Positions 19,306-26,640 of a stretch of DNA of 57,423 nucleotides are shown here, piece by piece. Each line of letters begins with the position of its first letter. Positions within the stretch are counted from its first letter, which is position 1. Made by a program: the position numbers and the translations under genes. Origin of the DNA: a virus. Lineage: Duplodnaviria > Caudoviricetes. Below the pieces are notes generated by a model. That model did not search any database, was not told the origin of the DNA, and saw only the letters and a list, made by a program, of their open reading frames with translations. The stretch lies in IMG/VR virus record IMGVR_UViG_3300042561_000852, positions 1 through 57,423 of that record, one strand, 5' to 3'.

Positions 19306-19334
19306 GGCCCTGCCAGCAATGGTGGGGCCTTTTT
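19306..19334 (+). terminator. Rho-independent terminator
   Basis: GGCCCTGCCA-GCAA-TGGTGGGGCC-TTTTT. Confidence 0.85.
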
Positions 19335-20482
19335 CATTCCGGCAGCAGGTAATCGGCCCAGGCCTGCATGAGCTGGCGCCGCTTCTCCAGCAGGTTGCCG
19401 CGGCGATATGCGGCCTCGACCTTGTCGCGGATCGTGTGCGCCAGCGCCATTTCGGCGACTTCGCGCTCGGTCGCGGTCTGCTCGGCCGTCCAGTCGCGGA
19501 AGGTGCTGCGAAACCCGTGCACGGTGTATGGCAGGCCCAGGCCCTTGGGCGGCGGGCGCTGCAGCAGGTAGAGCATCGCGTTCTCGGACAGGGCGAACGG
19601 CGGGCGGCTCCGGGGCAAGATCTCGAGAACTGCGACAGCCTGGCGCGACAGCGGGACGACGTGCTCGCGCGCCGCCTTCATCCTTGCGGCCGGGATCGTC
19701 CACGTCGCCGCCTGCAGGTCAATCTCGGGCCAGTCGGCGCCGGTGACTTCGCCCGTGCGCGCGGCCGTGAGGATCGTCCACGCCAGTGCTCGCCGACTGA
19801 TGCTCTGTCCCGACAGCAGGGCCGCCATGAAGGCCTGGGCGTCTGCGTAGGGCATGGCTGCGTGGTTCTCGACCTTGCGCACTTTCTCTGGTGGCGGCAG
19901 TAGGTGCTGTAGGTGGCCTTTCCAGCGCGCAGGGTTCTCGCCAGCGACCGCGCCGGCGACGCGCTCGGCATCCCAGATGCGTTCGATGCGCGCCCGGATC
20001 CGCGTTGCCGTCTCGGTCTTCCCGGTCCAGATCTTGCGAAGGCATCGCAGGATCAGCGGTGTGTCGATGGCGGATACGGGCAGCTCGAAGTCGGGCCCAT
20101 GGTCGCGCAGCGACTGCAGCCATTGGTCGGCCTGCGCCTCGTTCTTCCAACCGACGGCCTGCGTTGCAATGAACTCTGCGACGGCTTCGCCCCAGCTCCG
20201 CGCAGGCGAGCCCCTGGCGGCCTTGCGCGCCTCGATCGGGTCAATGCCATCGGCTCGAAGCTTGCGCTGCTCAGCGGCGCGCACGCGAGCCTCGGCGAGG
20301 CTGAAGTCCTGCGTGGAGCCGAGCCCCATGTCTCGAAGTCGGCCCAGGTGGCGAAAGCGGAAGATCCAGCTTCGCGCGCCGGTAGGCTTCACCAGCAGGT
20401 ACAGGCCGCCGCCGTCAGAGTGCAGGCCGGGCCCGAGATTCTGGACGGACTTGGCCGTCAGCTTGTGTAGCGCCCGCCCCAT
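19334..20482 (-). CDS. int: Tyrosine integrase, P4/IntA-like with arm-binding domain
   Basis: DGGGLYLLV...WIFRF N-domain; TAARTGE, RMK, VHGFRSTF, LAH, AY catalytic motifs. Confidence 0.95.
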   Translation of the reverse strand: MGRALHKLTAKSVQNLGPGLHSDGGGLYLLVKPTGARSWIFRFRHLGRLRDMGLGSTQDFSLAEARVRAAEQRKLRADGIDPIEARKAARGSPARSWGEAVAEFIATQAVGWKNEAQADQWLQSLRDHGPDFELPVSAIDTPLILRCLRKIWTGKTETATRIRARIERIWDAERVAGAVAGENPARWKGHLQHLLPPPEKVRKVENHAAMPYADAQAFMAALLSGQSISRRALAWTILTAARTGEVTGADWPEIDLQAATWTIPAARMKAAREHVVPLSRQAVAVLEILPRSRPPFALSENAMLYLLQRPPPKGLGLPYTVHGFRSTFRDWTAEQTATEREVAEMALAHTIRDKVEAAYRRGNLLEKRRQLMQAWADYLLPE

Positions 20483-20692
20483 ACTTCGCCCCAAACTCCG
20501 GAGCGAGACAGCATGCGACTAAATGAGACTGAATGCGACAGCTACCCGCGCTGCTGCTGGCTTGCGTGGACTGCATGAGACCACATGCGACAGTCTCGCC
20601 GGACTCCTTCTCCGCCATACAAACGCCGAAGGCCCTGAGAAATCAGGGCCTTTCGCGTTCTTGGGCCTGACGTCCCACACCCTGTCCCATAC
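20476..20692. other. attP: core CTCCTTCTCCGCCA (20604-20617, tRNA-Ser-like 3' end), paired arm sites and 10-bp-period repeats
   Basis: Arm pairs GCCCCATAC/GCCCCAAAC (20476, 20488) and GTCCCACAC/GTCCCATAC (20672, 20684); ATG(C/A)GAC at 20513, 20523, 20533, 20575, 20585; core ends in CCA and is followed by a hairpin. Confidence 0.75.
20629..20654. terminator. Terminator hairpin after the att core
   Basis: AAGGCCCTGA-GAAA-TCAGGGCCTT. Confidence 0.7.
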
Positions 20693-20873
20693 TCGGGGCG
20701 GCGCTTACGGCAGCATCCGCAGCCGCCCTGATCTTGTCGCCGACCCTCTCCCAACAGTCTGAGCGCCACCCCGCATAGTGCGGGCCTTCGTCCTGGTATC
20801 CGTCGCACGCCTCCAGCAGCTTTTCAAGCTGCTCGGGCGTCAGGTCGATCGTGATCCGAATCTGCTTGTCCAT
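20643..20873 (-). CDS. Hypothetical protein
   Basis: GGGAGG SD; last gene of the leftward operon. Confidence 0.6.
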   Translation of the reverse strand: MDKQIRITIDLTPEQLEKLLEACDGYQDEGPHYAGWRSDCWERVGDKIRAAADAAVSAAPSMGQGVGRQAQERERP

Positions 20874-21052
20874 GTCCACCCCTCCCCGCCCGCGTCGGTT
20901 CGGGGCTGTTCGGTGGTCGGCTCAGACCACTGGATGTCGATCCTCTGGACGACCCACCATCCCGCAACGGCTATCGCGATCACGCCGACTGCTGCGAGCA
21001 CCAGCAGAACCTTGAAACAGCCTTCGAGCCCGTCAAAGTTCGGGACCATCAC
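20840..21052 (-). CDS. Small single-pass membrane protein
   Basis: One hydrophobic helix; SD; coupled to the upstream stop. Confidence 0.6.
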   Translation of the reverse strand: MMVPNFDGLEGCFKVLLVLAAVGVIAIAVAGWWVVQRIDIQWSEPTTEQPRTDAGGEGWTWTSRFGSRST

Positions 21053-21349
21053 TTACCCCTCCCTCGCCGCGCGGGCGGCGTCGTCTGCGGGCGGCTCTGG
21101 CACCCAATAGACTCGCCTGCTGCGCCCTGTGTATCCACATTCCGGGCAACCGCCGCCGTAGGATCGGTCCGGGTAGTAGCCCTCGTAGCAGCCGCTGCAA
21201 GCCTCCGACCATCGGATCAAGACATAGACCAGCGAGCCGGTGAGATTGCACGGCACTCCATCTTCCGGCGTCGCGTAGCGGCGGCGTCTATCGAGTCTGC
21301 CGCCGTGAAGCTGCTCGGCTTCCGCGATTGAAAGGTCACGCATGCTCAT
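21053..21349 (-). CDS. Small zinc-finger protein
   Basis: CSGC...CPECG; ATGA overlap. Confidence 0.7.
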   Translation of the reverse strand: MSMRDLSIAEAEQLHGGRLDRRRRYATPEDGVPCNLTGSLVYVLIRWSEACSGCYEGYYPDRSYGGGCPECGYTGRSRRVYWVPEPPADDAARAAREG

Positions 21350-21375
21350 GACGGCTCCCTCGCCGCGCGGGCGGC
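21059..21375. repeat. 21-bp direct repeat CTCCCTCGCCGCGCGGGCGGC at 21059-21079 and 21355-21375
   Basis: Exact copies at the 3' ends of two adjacent genes; includes the GGGAG SD of the next gene. Confidence 0.85.
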
Positions 21376-22515
21376 CAGTATTTCGCGCGCCTTGCGCACG
21401 GGATCAAGGTCGCGCTCGACTCGACGCGGCAGGTCGCCGCGAGCTTTGACTTCGGCTTCGAGATCATCGGCACACTCGGCGCGGAGGCGGTGGGCAGCAG
21501 AGAGAACAGAGTCCGGGCAGTTCTTGTCAGCGCCAAGTGCGGAAGCGACAGCATCCCACTGAGCCTTTGCCTCGATCGTCTGTGGGTGCTTCATCCACTC
21601 CCGCTCTAACTCTGCGCGTGCGGCGTCCGACCTGCGCTGTAGCGCGGCCCGAATCTGTTCTGGCGCGTCTCGCTTGAAGTCGATGGATGGATGCGCGGTG
21701 TTGTCCTGCATTTCGCCATCGTCTCGATAGGCCCGCATTCCAGCGTGCGCACTGCAAAGCAAATCCCGCAGCGACTCGTTCTCGGCGCGGAGGAGGTCGC
21801 GGTCGGCCTCGGCTTCGGCCCGCAGCTCGTGCGCGGTCTTGCCGGCCACCCGCTGGACAGTGACCACAAAAGCTTCACCGGGTGCAGAGTGCTGAGAGGT
21901 GAAGCTGAGCTGCAGGTAATTCACAGCCGCGCTGTCGGCGTATTGCTTCGCCAGAATCTCCGCAAGCAGCTGTGCGCCACCGCCTTCAAGCGATAGAGAA
22001 AGCCCTCCGTTTTCGACAGCGATGTCGAGGATTCGAGTTCCGCCGGCTACTGCGTCGGCTATTGCGTCGGCAGCAATTTCACGCTGCCGACCGACCTCCC
22101 GCTCCAGCTCCGCGACCCTCTCACGCAGCGAGTCCCTGTCAACGGCGAGAAGCAAATATTCCTCCTGCGCTGCTGCCATTGCCTGACGAAGCTTCTCGCC
22201 CTCGCCGCACGCCTCGTCATAGTCGGCGCGAAGCTGGCGCACTGCATCGACAGCGCGAGGGGCAAGCCGCCAGTTTTCTTTGCCGTCCGGGTCGGACCCG
22301 CTCAGGCGGAAGCACTGGCCGAGCTGGTCCCGCAGCGGCCCCGCCACCTGCTCGTCGCAGGCCGCGAAACACTGAGCGCCGTAGTTCTCGACCTCTGCGC
22401 GCAGGCTTTGGTCGACTTCCTTCGCTTGCCTCCAAGTAAGCCAGCCCGAATCGCGCAGGGTAGTGCGCAGCTCCGGCTCTCCCGGCAACACCGGCCCCGC
22501 GTTGGTGTTAGTCAT
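21346..22515 (-). CDS. Coiled-coil early protein (Ead/Ea22-like mosaic)
   Basis: 389-aa ORF, AGGAG SD, repeated LRAE coiled segments. Confidence 0.65.
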   Translation of the reverse strand: MTNTNAGPVLPGEPELRTTLRDSGWLTWRQAKEVDQSLRAEVENYGAQCFAACDEQVAGPLRDQLGQCFRLSGSDPDGKENWRLAPRAVDAVRQLRADYDEACGEGEKLRQAMAAAQEEYLLLAVDRDSLRERVAELEREVGRQREIAADAIADAVAGGTRILDIAVENGGLSLSLEGGGAQLLAEILAKQYADSAAVNYLQLSFTSQHSAPGEAFVVTVQRVAGKTAHELRAEAEADRDLLRAENESLRDLLCSAHAGMRAYRDDGEMQDNTAHPSIDFKRDAPEQIRAALQRRSDAARAELEREWMKHPQTIEAKAQWDAVASALGADKNCPDSVLSAAHRLRAECADDLEAEVKARGDLPRRVERDLDPVRKAREILAARAAREPS

Positions 22516-22524
22516 GGCGTGCTC

Positions 22525-22723
22525 CTATTCTGACTCAAATCGGGTTTCGCAGACATTGCATTCGTACAAATTGGGGGATTTCCTATCGGGCTTGTGGAAT
22601 ACGTTGCATCCGCAATTGCACCGAAATGGTTTCCCCCCCTACGCGGACTGTGAAGTTTTCAACATCCCCGGAAGTGGTGCGAACTGCGTTTGCGTAACGG
22701 TCATGGACAGGCAGACAATTCAT
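22525..22723 (-). pseudogene. Zinc-ribbon protein gene frameshifted at a G7 run (22633-22639)
   Basis: Removing one G gives a 65-aa ORF MNCLPVH...VGGKPFRCNCGCNVFHKP...YECNVCETRFESE that exactly fills the gap between neighbours. Confidence 0.7.
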
Positions 22724-23007
22724 TCTGGCGCGCTCCCGTAGACCTTGGCGATGGCGGTGTCCACTTTGCGCCAGAAAATGTTAGGCCCGCCGTGGGTTTC
22801 TTCGTCGATCATTTCCAACGCCTCCAAACACTCCAGCGCCCCGCATTCGGTGAGGGCGGCTTGGGCTGCAAGAATCAGATTTTCGCTCTCGTTGGCCCAC
22901 AGCTCGCTGTCTGACTCTCGCATCTGCCGTGCGACTTCTCTGCACAGTCCGCGCGCCGCCTTCATCACCATCGGGTGGGCCGGGCCGCGGTCGTTTGTCG
23001 TGGTCAT
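22720..23007 (-). CDS. Hypothetical protein (95 aa)
   Basis: AGGAG SD before ATG 23007. Confidence 0.7.
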   Translation of the reverse strand: MTTTNDRGPAHPMVMKAARGLCREVARQMRESDSELWANESENLILAAQAALTECGALECLEALEMIDEETHGGPNIFWRKVDTAIAKVYGSAPE

Positions 23008-23027
23008 TCGTGTCTCCTGTTGATTTG

Positions 23028-23136
23028 CGAGGGTGGCCGGGTGCGAGTCCGGCATGGCGGTGAACAGGCAGTTGCCCCACATAACGTTGCCGCCGCGTGT
23101 CCTCTTAGCGGGTCGCCCCCGCGTGCAACACCCTCG
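23028..23136 (-). ncRNA. Kissing-loop structured RNA C
   Basis: Closing stem CGAGGGTG/CACCCTCG; hairpins GCGGG-GGCGA-CCCGC and GCCGG-ACTCGCAC-CCGGC; GCGA/TCGC complementary. Confidence 0.65.
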
Positions 23137-23372
23137 GGCCTGAACCCTGTCGCCAAGGCGCAGGCCGGAGAGTGCCGCAAGGTGAATCGGAGTGCAGGCG
23201 GGTCCAGGGCGTCCCCCGTACAGCGCCGCGCGTGTGGTGTCGAACCCGGCATCTGCGGGGAGAGAGCAGGCCAGAGCCCACGCCCACCTGTGTGCATCCC
23301 CGTCAGTTGATCAGCCCGCTTCCACGCTGTTCCGCCCGCACTCCGATTGACCCTGCCATGTGCCGCGCCGGG

Positions 23373-23564
23373 CTAGGGCGCGGCGGCGCTCTTCCGCTTC
23401 TTCCGCTTCACCGCTGCGGCCGCATTGATGGCGAGACGCGCCAGGGCAACCCACCGCTTCGACCTCGGGTTTTCGTCGCTCATGATGCAAGCGCCCGAAT
23501 ATGCCCAGCCCTCGGCATTCATGATTGCCAAAGCTGCCGCCTCGACTTCCGCTCTCGTTGCCAT
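23373..23564 (-). CDS. Small basic-tailed hypothetical protein (63 aa)
   Basis: GGAGG SD; MATRAEVEAAALAIMNAEG... Confidence 0.6.
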   Translation of the reverse strand: MATRAEVEAAALAIMNAEGWAYSGACIMSDENPRSKRWVALARLAINAAAAVKRKKRKSAAAP

Positions 23565-23608
23565 ACCGCCCTCCATCGTGAGTAGGCGCCCCGTAGGGCG
23601 TGTGTGTC

Positions 23609-23774
23609 GCTGTCTTGGGTCTGGGCACTTGCGTCGCATCAGCCGTTCGGTGTCACGGACGATATGCGCAGCGCCGGTCTATTCGCGATTAACCGCCCAC
23701 CAGCAGGATTTCTATCCCTGCCCTTCTTCGTCTGCGGGACAAGCCCGCCGCCAAGTGCCCAGACCGAAAACAGC
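23609..23774 (-). ncRNA. Structured RNA E with a long closing stem
   Basis: Perfect 14-bp GGTCTGGGCACTTG/CAAGTGCCCAGACC extended to about 22 bp; inner hairpins GCGGG-CTTGT-CCCGC and CCGT-GACACCGA-ACGG. Confidence 0.65.
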
Positions 23775-23793
23775 GCCCCGGTGTCGTCGGGGC

Positions 23794-23962
23794 GGTTGCC
23801 GTGTACGTCTCCGGCGCGGGGCTCTCACCGCCGTGGTGCCTTGGCCTGCATGCAGGGCGCAATTCCCGTCTGTGCCTTTACGTCGAACTGTTCAGCACGG
23901 GCTTCCCGACGTTGCCCGCCTTTCACGGCGGCGGGCTGCCGTCTTCGCTCACCTTCCCAACC
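23794..23962 (-). ncRNA. Structured RNA D (larger kissing-loop variant)
   Basis: GGTT/AACC closure; GGC-AACGTCGGGAA-GCC and GCCG-GAGACGTACA-CGGC with ACGTC/GACGT; T-loop-like GCGG-TGAGAGCC-CCGC and GTGAAA-loop hairpins. Confidence 0.55.
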
Positions 23963-23965
23963 AAA

Positions 23966-24032
23966 CCGGAGCGCGGGAAGCTACGCAACCTTGGTTTCGT
24001 CCCTCCGGACTCTTCAGGCGTAGATGCTCCGG
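23966..24032 (-). ncRNA. Type I hammerhead ribozyme
   Basis: CUACGC-CUGAAGA-GUCC(GGAG)GGAC-GAAA-C(CAAG)G-UU/GCGUAG; complete core; stem I extended by CCGGAGC/GCUCCGG. Confidence 0.8.
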
Positions 24033-24097
24033 CCCGCCCTGCTACTTGCGAAGAATTGCAGGGGTATGCAAGTGCCGGCGCATCCCCGCCGGCTGGG

Positions 24098-24237
24098 GTG
24101 GTGGCCGGAGGCGAGCCCGGCTGTCTGGTGTATCCGTTACGGCCCTCTTGGAATCACAGGCACTGAGTCCTGCCGGGTATGGTCATCACCCACTATTGCC
24201 AGCACCTATCGGCGCATCGCCACTGCGCTATCACCAC
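24098..24237 (-). ncRNA. Kissing-loop structured RNA B
   Basis: Closing stem GTGGTG/CACCAC; hairpins GCGCA-GTGGCGA-TGCGC and GCCGG-GCTCGCCT-CCGGC; GGCGA/TCGCC complementary. Confidence 0.75.
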
Positions 24238-24265
24238 TGCCGCGACTCCCGCGGCGCTACGGCGG

Positions 24266-24604
24266 TCAGTCCGCCGCTTTCTCCAACTCCGTGCATTCGA
24301 ACGACATCAGCGTCTGCGGCTTCGGCAGCAGGCTTCGGCGCACGGCGACCAGCAGGCACGACGGCATCGCCTGGCCGGGTTGCAGCTGCACGATGTAGTC
24401 ACCAGTTGCGACGTCGCCGGGTGCGGGTCTGGCCCTGATCTCCAGCGTTGAGCAAGAGCCCACCAGCACCCCGCCGGACATCCCGACCAGGTACTGCGGA
24501 TTGCAGGCCTCCGCGACGATGACGCGCGTCTCGGTCAGGATCTCGATGCGATGCTCGCCAGCCGGCTCGAAGCTGGTCGCGAAGATCAGGGCCAGGGCGA
24601 TCAC
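24266..24604 (-). CDS. Small exported hypothetical protein
   Basis: Hydrophobic N-terminus, 4 Cys, GTGA overlap with the upstream gene. Confidence 0.6.
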   Translation of the reverse strand: MIALALIFATSFEPAGEHRIEILTETRVIVAEACNPQYLVGMSGGVLVGSCSTLEIRARPAPGDVATGDYIVQLQPGQAMPSCLLVAVRRSLLPKPQTLMSFECTELEKAAD

Positions 24605-25437
24605 GGCCGGAAGTTCCCGCGGTAGATCTTGGCGCTGGCGCAGCCCGCGATAGTCAGACCGTCGCGCACGAGCGACACAAACTCCGTCGCGATTCGCTCC
24701 TGTGCGTCAGCCATCGCGACCACTCGCAGCACCAGCTTCGGCGGGTCGGTCATGGTGACGCTGAGGCGCAGGCGGAAAGCGACGGGCTCGAAACAGTCGA
24801 AGGGCTGGGCGGTGAAGATGAAGCCGCTCGGCAGCTGCAGTGCTTCCTGCTTCGCTCGGGCCTCGATCTGCTCTATTGCCGTGCGACTAGCCCCGAAATC
24901 GCTGTCTTCGTGCGTCTTCGTGCTGCCGGCCTTGATTTCGATGCTGCGCACCGCCTGGATGGCAACGCCCAAGTTCGGCCGGACCTCGTCGCCATAGAAC
25001 GGCTGTGCGCAGTCGCTCCAGTCTTCCAGCCACTCAGCCAGCTGGCGCTGATTGAACTGCTTTCCGTCCAGTGCGAGCAGCGCGCGGTAGGCGCTGGTCG
25101 GCTGCAGGGTCAGGTGCGCACGGTCGTCGCCGTGGCCCGGATTGTGCTCGTCGCCGAGATTGAAGAAGGCCTCGGCCTTGCCGTTCTGGGCGTCGATGAA
25201 CACGACAGGCGTGTGCAGGCGGCTCGCGGAGTAGCTGGTCAGGTCGGCGATGCTGCTGGTGGAGTAATTGCCGCGGTAGCGAGCGCGGCCCTCCTGCAGG
25301 TGCTCGATGTTCTCGATCGTCACGCCATCGCTGCCGGCGATCAGAAGCGCAGGGGTGTGGGTGTCCAGCGTCGTCGGCTGCACGGTGCGCTGGATCAGCG
25401 TCTGCAGCGACTGGATGGCCTCGTGTGTGAGTTCCAT
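24601..25437 (-). CDS. DUF2303/YfdQ family protein
   Basis: RARYRG...FNLG...PGHGD...QRQLAEWLEDW signature. Confidence 0.85.
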   Translation of the reverse strand: MELTHEAIQSLQTLIQRTVQPTTLDTHTPALLIAGSDGVTIENIEHLQEGRARYRGNYSTSSIADLTSYSASRLHTPVVFIDAQNGKAEAFFNLGDEHNPGHGDDRAHLTLQPTSAYRALLALDGKQFNQRQLAEWLEDWSDCAQPFYGDEVRPNLGVAIQAVRSIEIKAGSTKTHEDSDFGASRTAIEQIEARAKQEALQLPSGFIFTAQPFDCFEPVAFRLRLSVTMTDPPKLVLRVVAMADAQERIATEFVSLVRDGLTIAGCASAKIYRGNFRP

Positions 25438-25475
25438 GGATCAGGTGTCCTGTGTGGGGTGTGGTGTTGCCGCGA

Positions 25476-25862
25476 TCAGTTCGCGGTGCGAGGGGCAGGG
25501 CCCAGGTGGGAAGTCGCCGAGCCAGTGGCCGCGCCGGCGCCGAGCTCCATGCGGGTCTGGGTGTTCGGGAACAGGGACAGCGCGCCGCCTTTCGCGACAT
25601 GCAGCGGCGTCTCGCTTTCGGATTCCTCGACGATGCGGCCGCGCGGCTTCGGCGTAACGCTCTTGAGGCTGTGGGTCACGGTGACCTGGTTGCTCTCGCC
25701 GATCTGCTTGACCGACAGCTTGATCGTGAGCTCGCCCTTCTTGCCGTGGGTCACGACGTTTGCGGCGATGTCGGTCAGGGCGTGGTTGATCTGTTCCTCG
25801 AACACGCCTGCATTGAGCTCGCCGAGCAGTTCGGCGAAGTTGGTTTTGCTACGGTCGGACAT
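25476..25862 (-). CDS. YfdP-like protein, usual partner of DUF2303
   Basis: ELNAGVFE...KKGELTIKL...TPLHVAKGG; AGGAG SD; adjacent to the YfdQ-like gene. Confidence 0.75.
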   Translation of the reverse strand: MSDRSKTNFAELLGELNAGVFEEQINHALTDIAANVVTHGKKGELTIKLSVKQIGESNQVTVTHSLKSVTPKPRGRIVEESESETPLHVAKGGALSLFPNTQTRMELGAGAATGSATSHLGPAPRTAN

Positions 25863-25978
25863 GGCTCGGCTCCTGGTGATTGGGGTTGCACGGTGACCGC
25901 ACCGGCCGTGCCTCGGGTTGCGTGGTCGCGCTCGTGGGGGAGGTCGCGCGACCGACTGGCGGTCTCAGTTGTGGTTCT

Positions 25979-26446
25979 TCAAAAGGGAATTTCGTCCTCG
26001 AAGTTGTCCCCGCTCATGGGTATTCCGCCGGGCGGGAGTTCTTCGCGCGCTGGCGCCGACTGCTGCCGCGTGCCGCTGCGCTGCTGGCCGCCTTCGCTGC
26101 GCTGTCCATCGCCACCGGCGCCGCCGAGCATCTGCATTTCGCGGACGTAGATCTTCGTGGCGTACCGCTTGATCCCGTCTTTCTCGTATTCCTCGGTGCG
26201 CAGCTGCCCCTCGATGTAGACCTGCTTGCCTTTGCGCAGGTACTCGGCGGCGATCTCTGCAAGGCGCCCGAAGAAAACGACGCTATGCCAGTCGGTGCGG
26301 CTCTGGCGCTCGCCCGTCTGCTTGTCCTTCCATTCCTCGTTGGTGGCGAGGCGGGCGTTCGTGATGGCCGTGCCGGATGCGGTGTAGCGGGTTTCTGGAT
26401 CGGCGCCGAGGGTGCCGACGATGATTACTTTGTTCACGCCGCGCAT
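25979..26446 (-). CDS. ssb: Single-stranded DNA-binding protein
   Basis: [10 protein letters not shown]...[12 protein letters not shown]...EDEIPF tail. Confidence 0.97.
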   Translation of the reverse strand: MRGVNKVIIVGTLGADPETRYTASGTAITNARLATNEEWKDKQTGERQSRTDWHSVVFFGRLAEIAAEYLRKGKQVYIEGQLRTEEYEKDGIKRYATKIYVREMQMLGGAGGDGQRSEGGQQRSGTRQQSAPAREELPPGGIPMSGDNFEDEIPF

Positions 26447-26640
26447 TGTTGTTCCTCAAACTTCTGCAGCAGGCCATGCAGCCCGCGTCGGATGTGGTAG
26501 TCGCGCAGCCGCTCGGCGTTGCTCTGCGGGCGTCGCGGCCTTGTCTTCCCGGTCACGCACTCGACCGGCAGGGACTGCAGCGCCATGCGTGCGGACTGGC
26601 GCATCAGCTCCTGGGCGTCAGCCTTCGGCAGGGGCGGCAT
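26434..26640 (-). CDS. Hypothetical protein
   Basis: Fills the gap in the operon; start uncertain. Confidence 0.45.
   Translation of the reverse strand: MPPLPKADAQELMRQSARMALQSLPVECVTGKTRPRRPQSNAERLRDYHIRRGLHGLLQKFEEQQCAA

Noticed and set aside
19085-19903. 272-aa plus-strand ORF after the giant gene
   Set aside because: Runs through the sRNA, its terminator and antisense to int; sequence not protein-like
20503-20591. Short repeats as a CRISPR array or iterons
   Set aside because: 7-bp units with 3-bp gaps inside attP; no spacers or cas genes
20604-20617. tRNA gene
   Set aside because: Only the 3' 14 nt are present; no cloverleaf upstream
23425-24438. Plus-strand ORFs across the RNA cluster
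   Set aside because: Opposite to the operon direction, no codon bias or SD; region better explained by RNA structures
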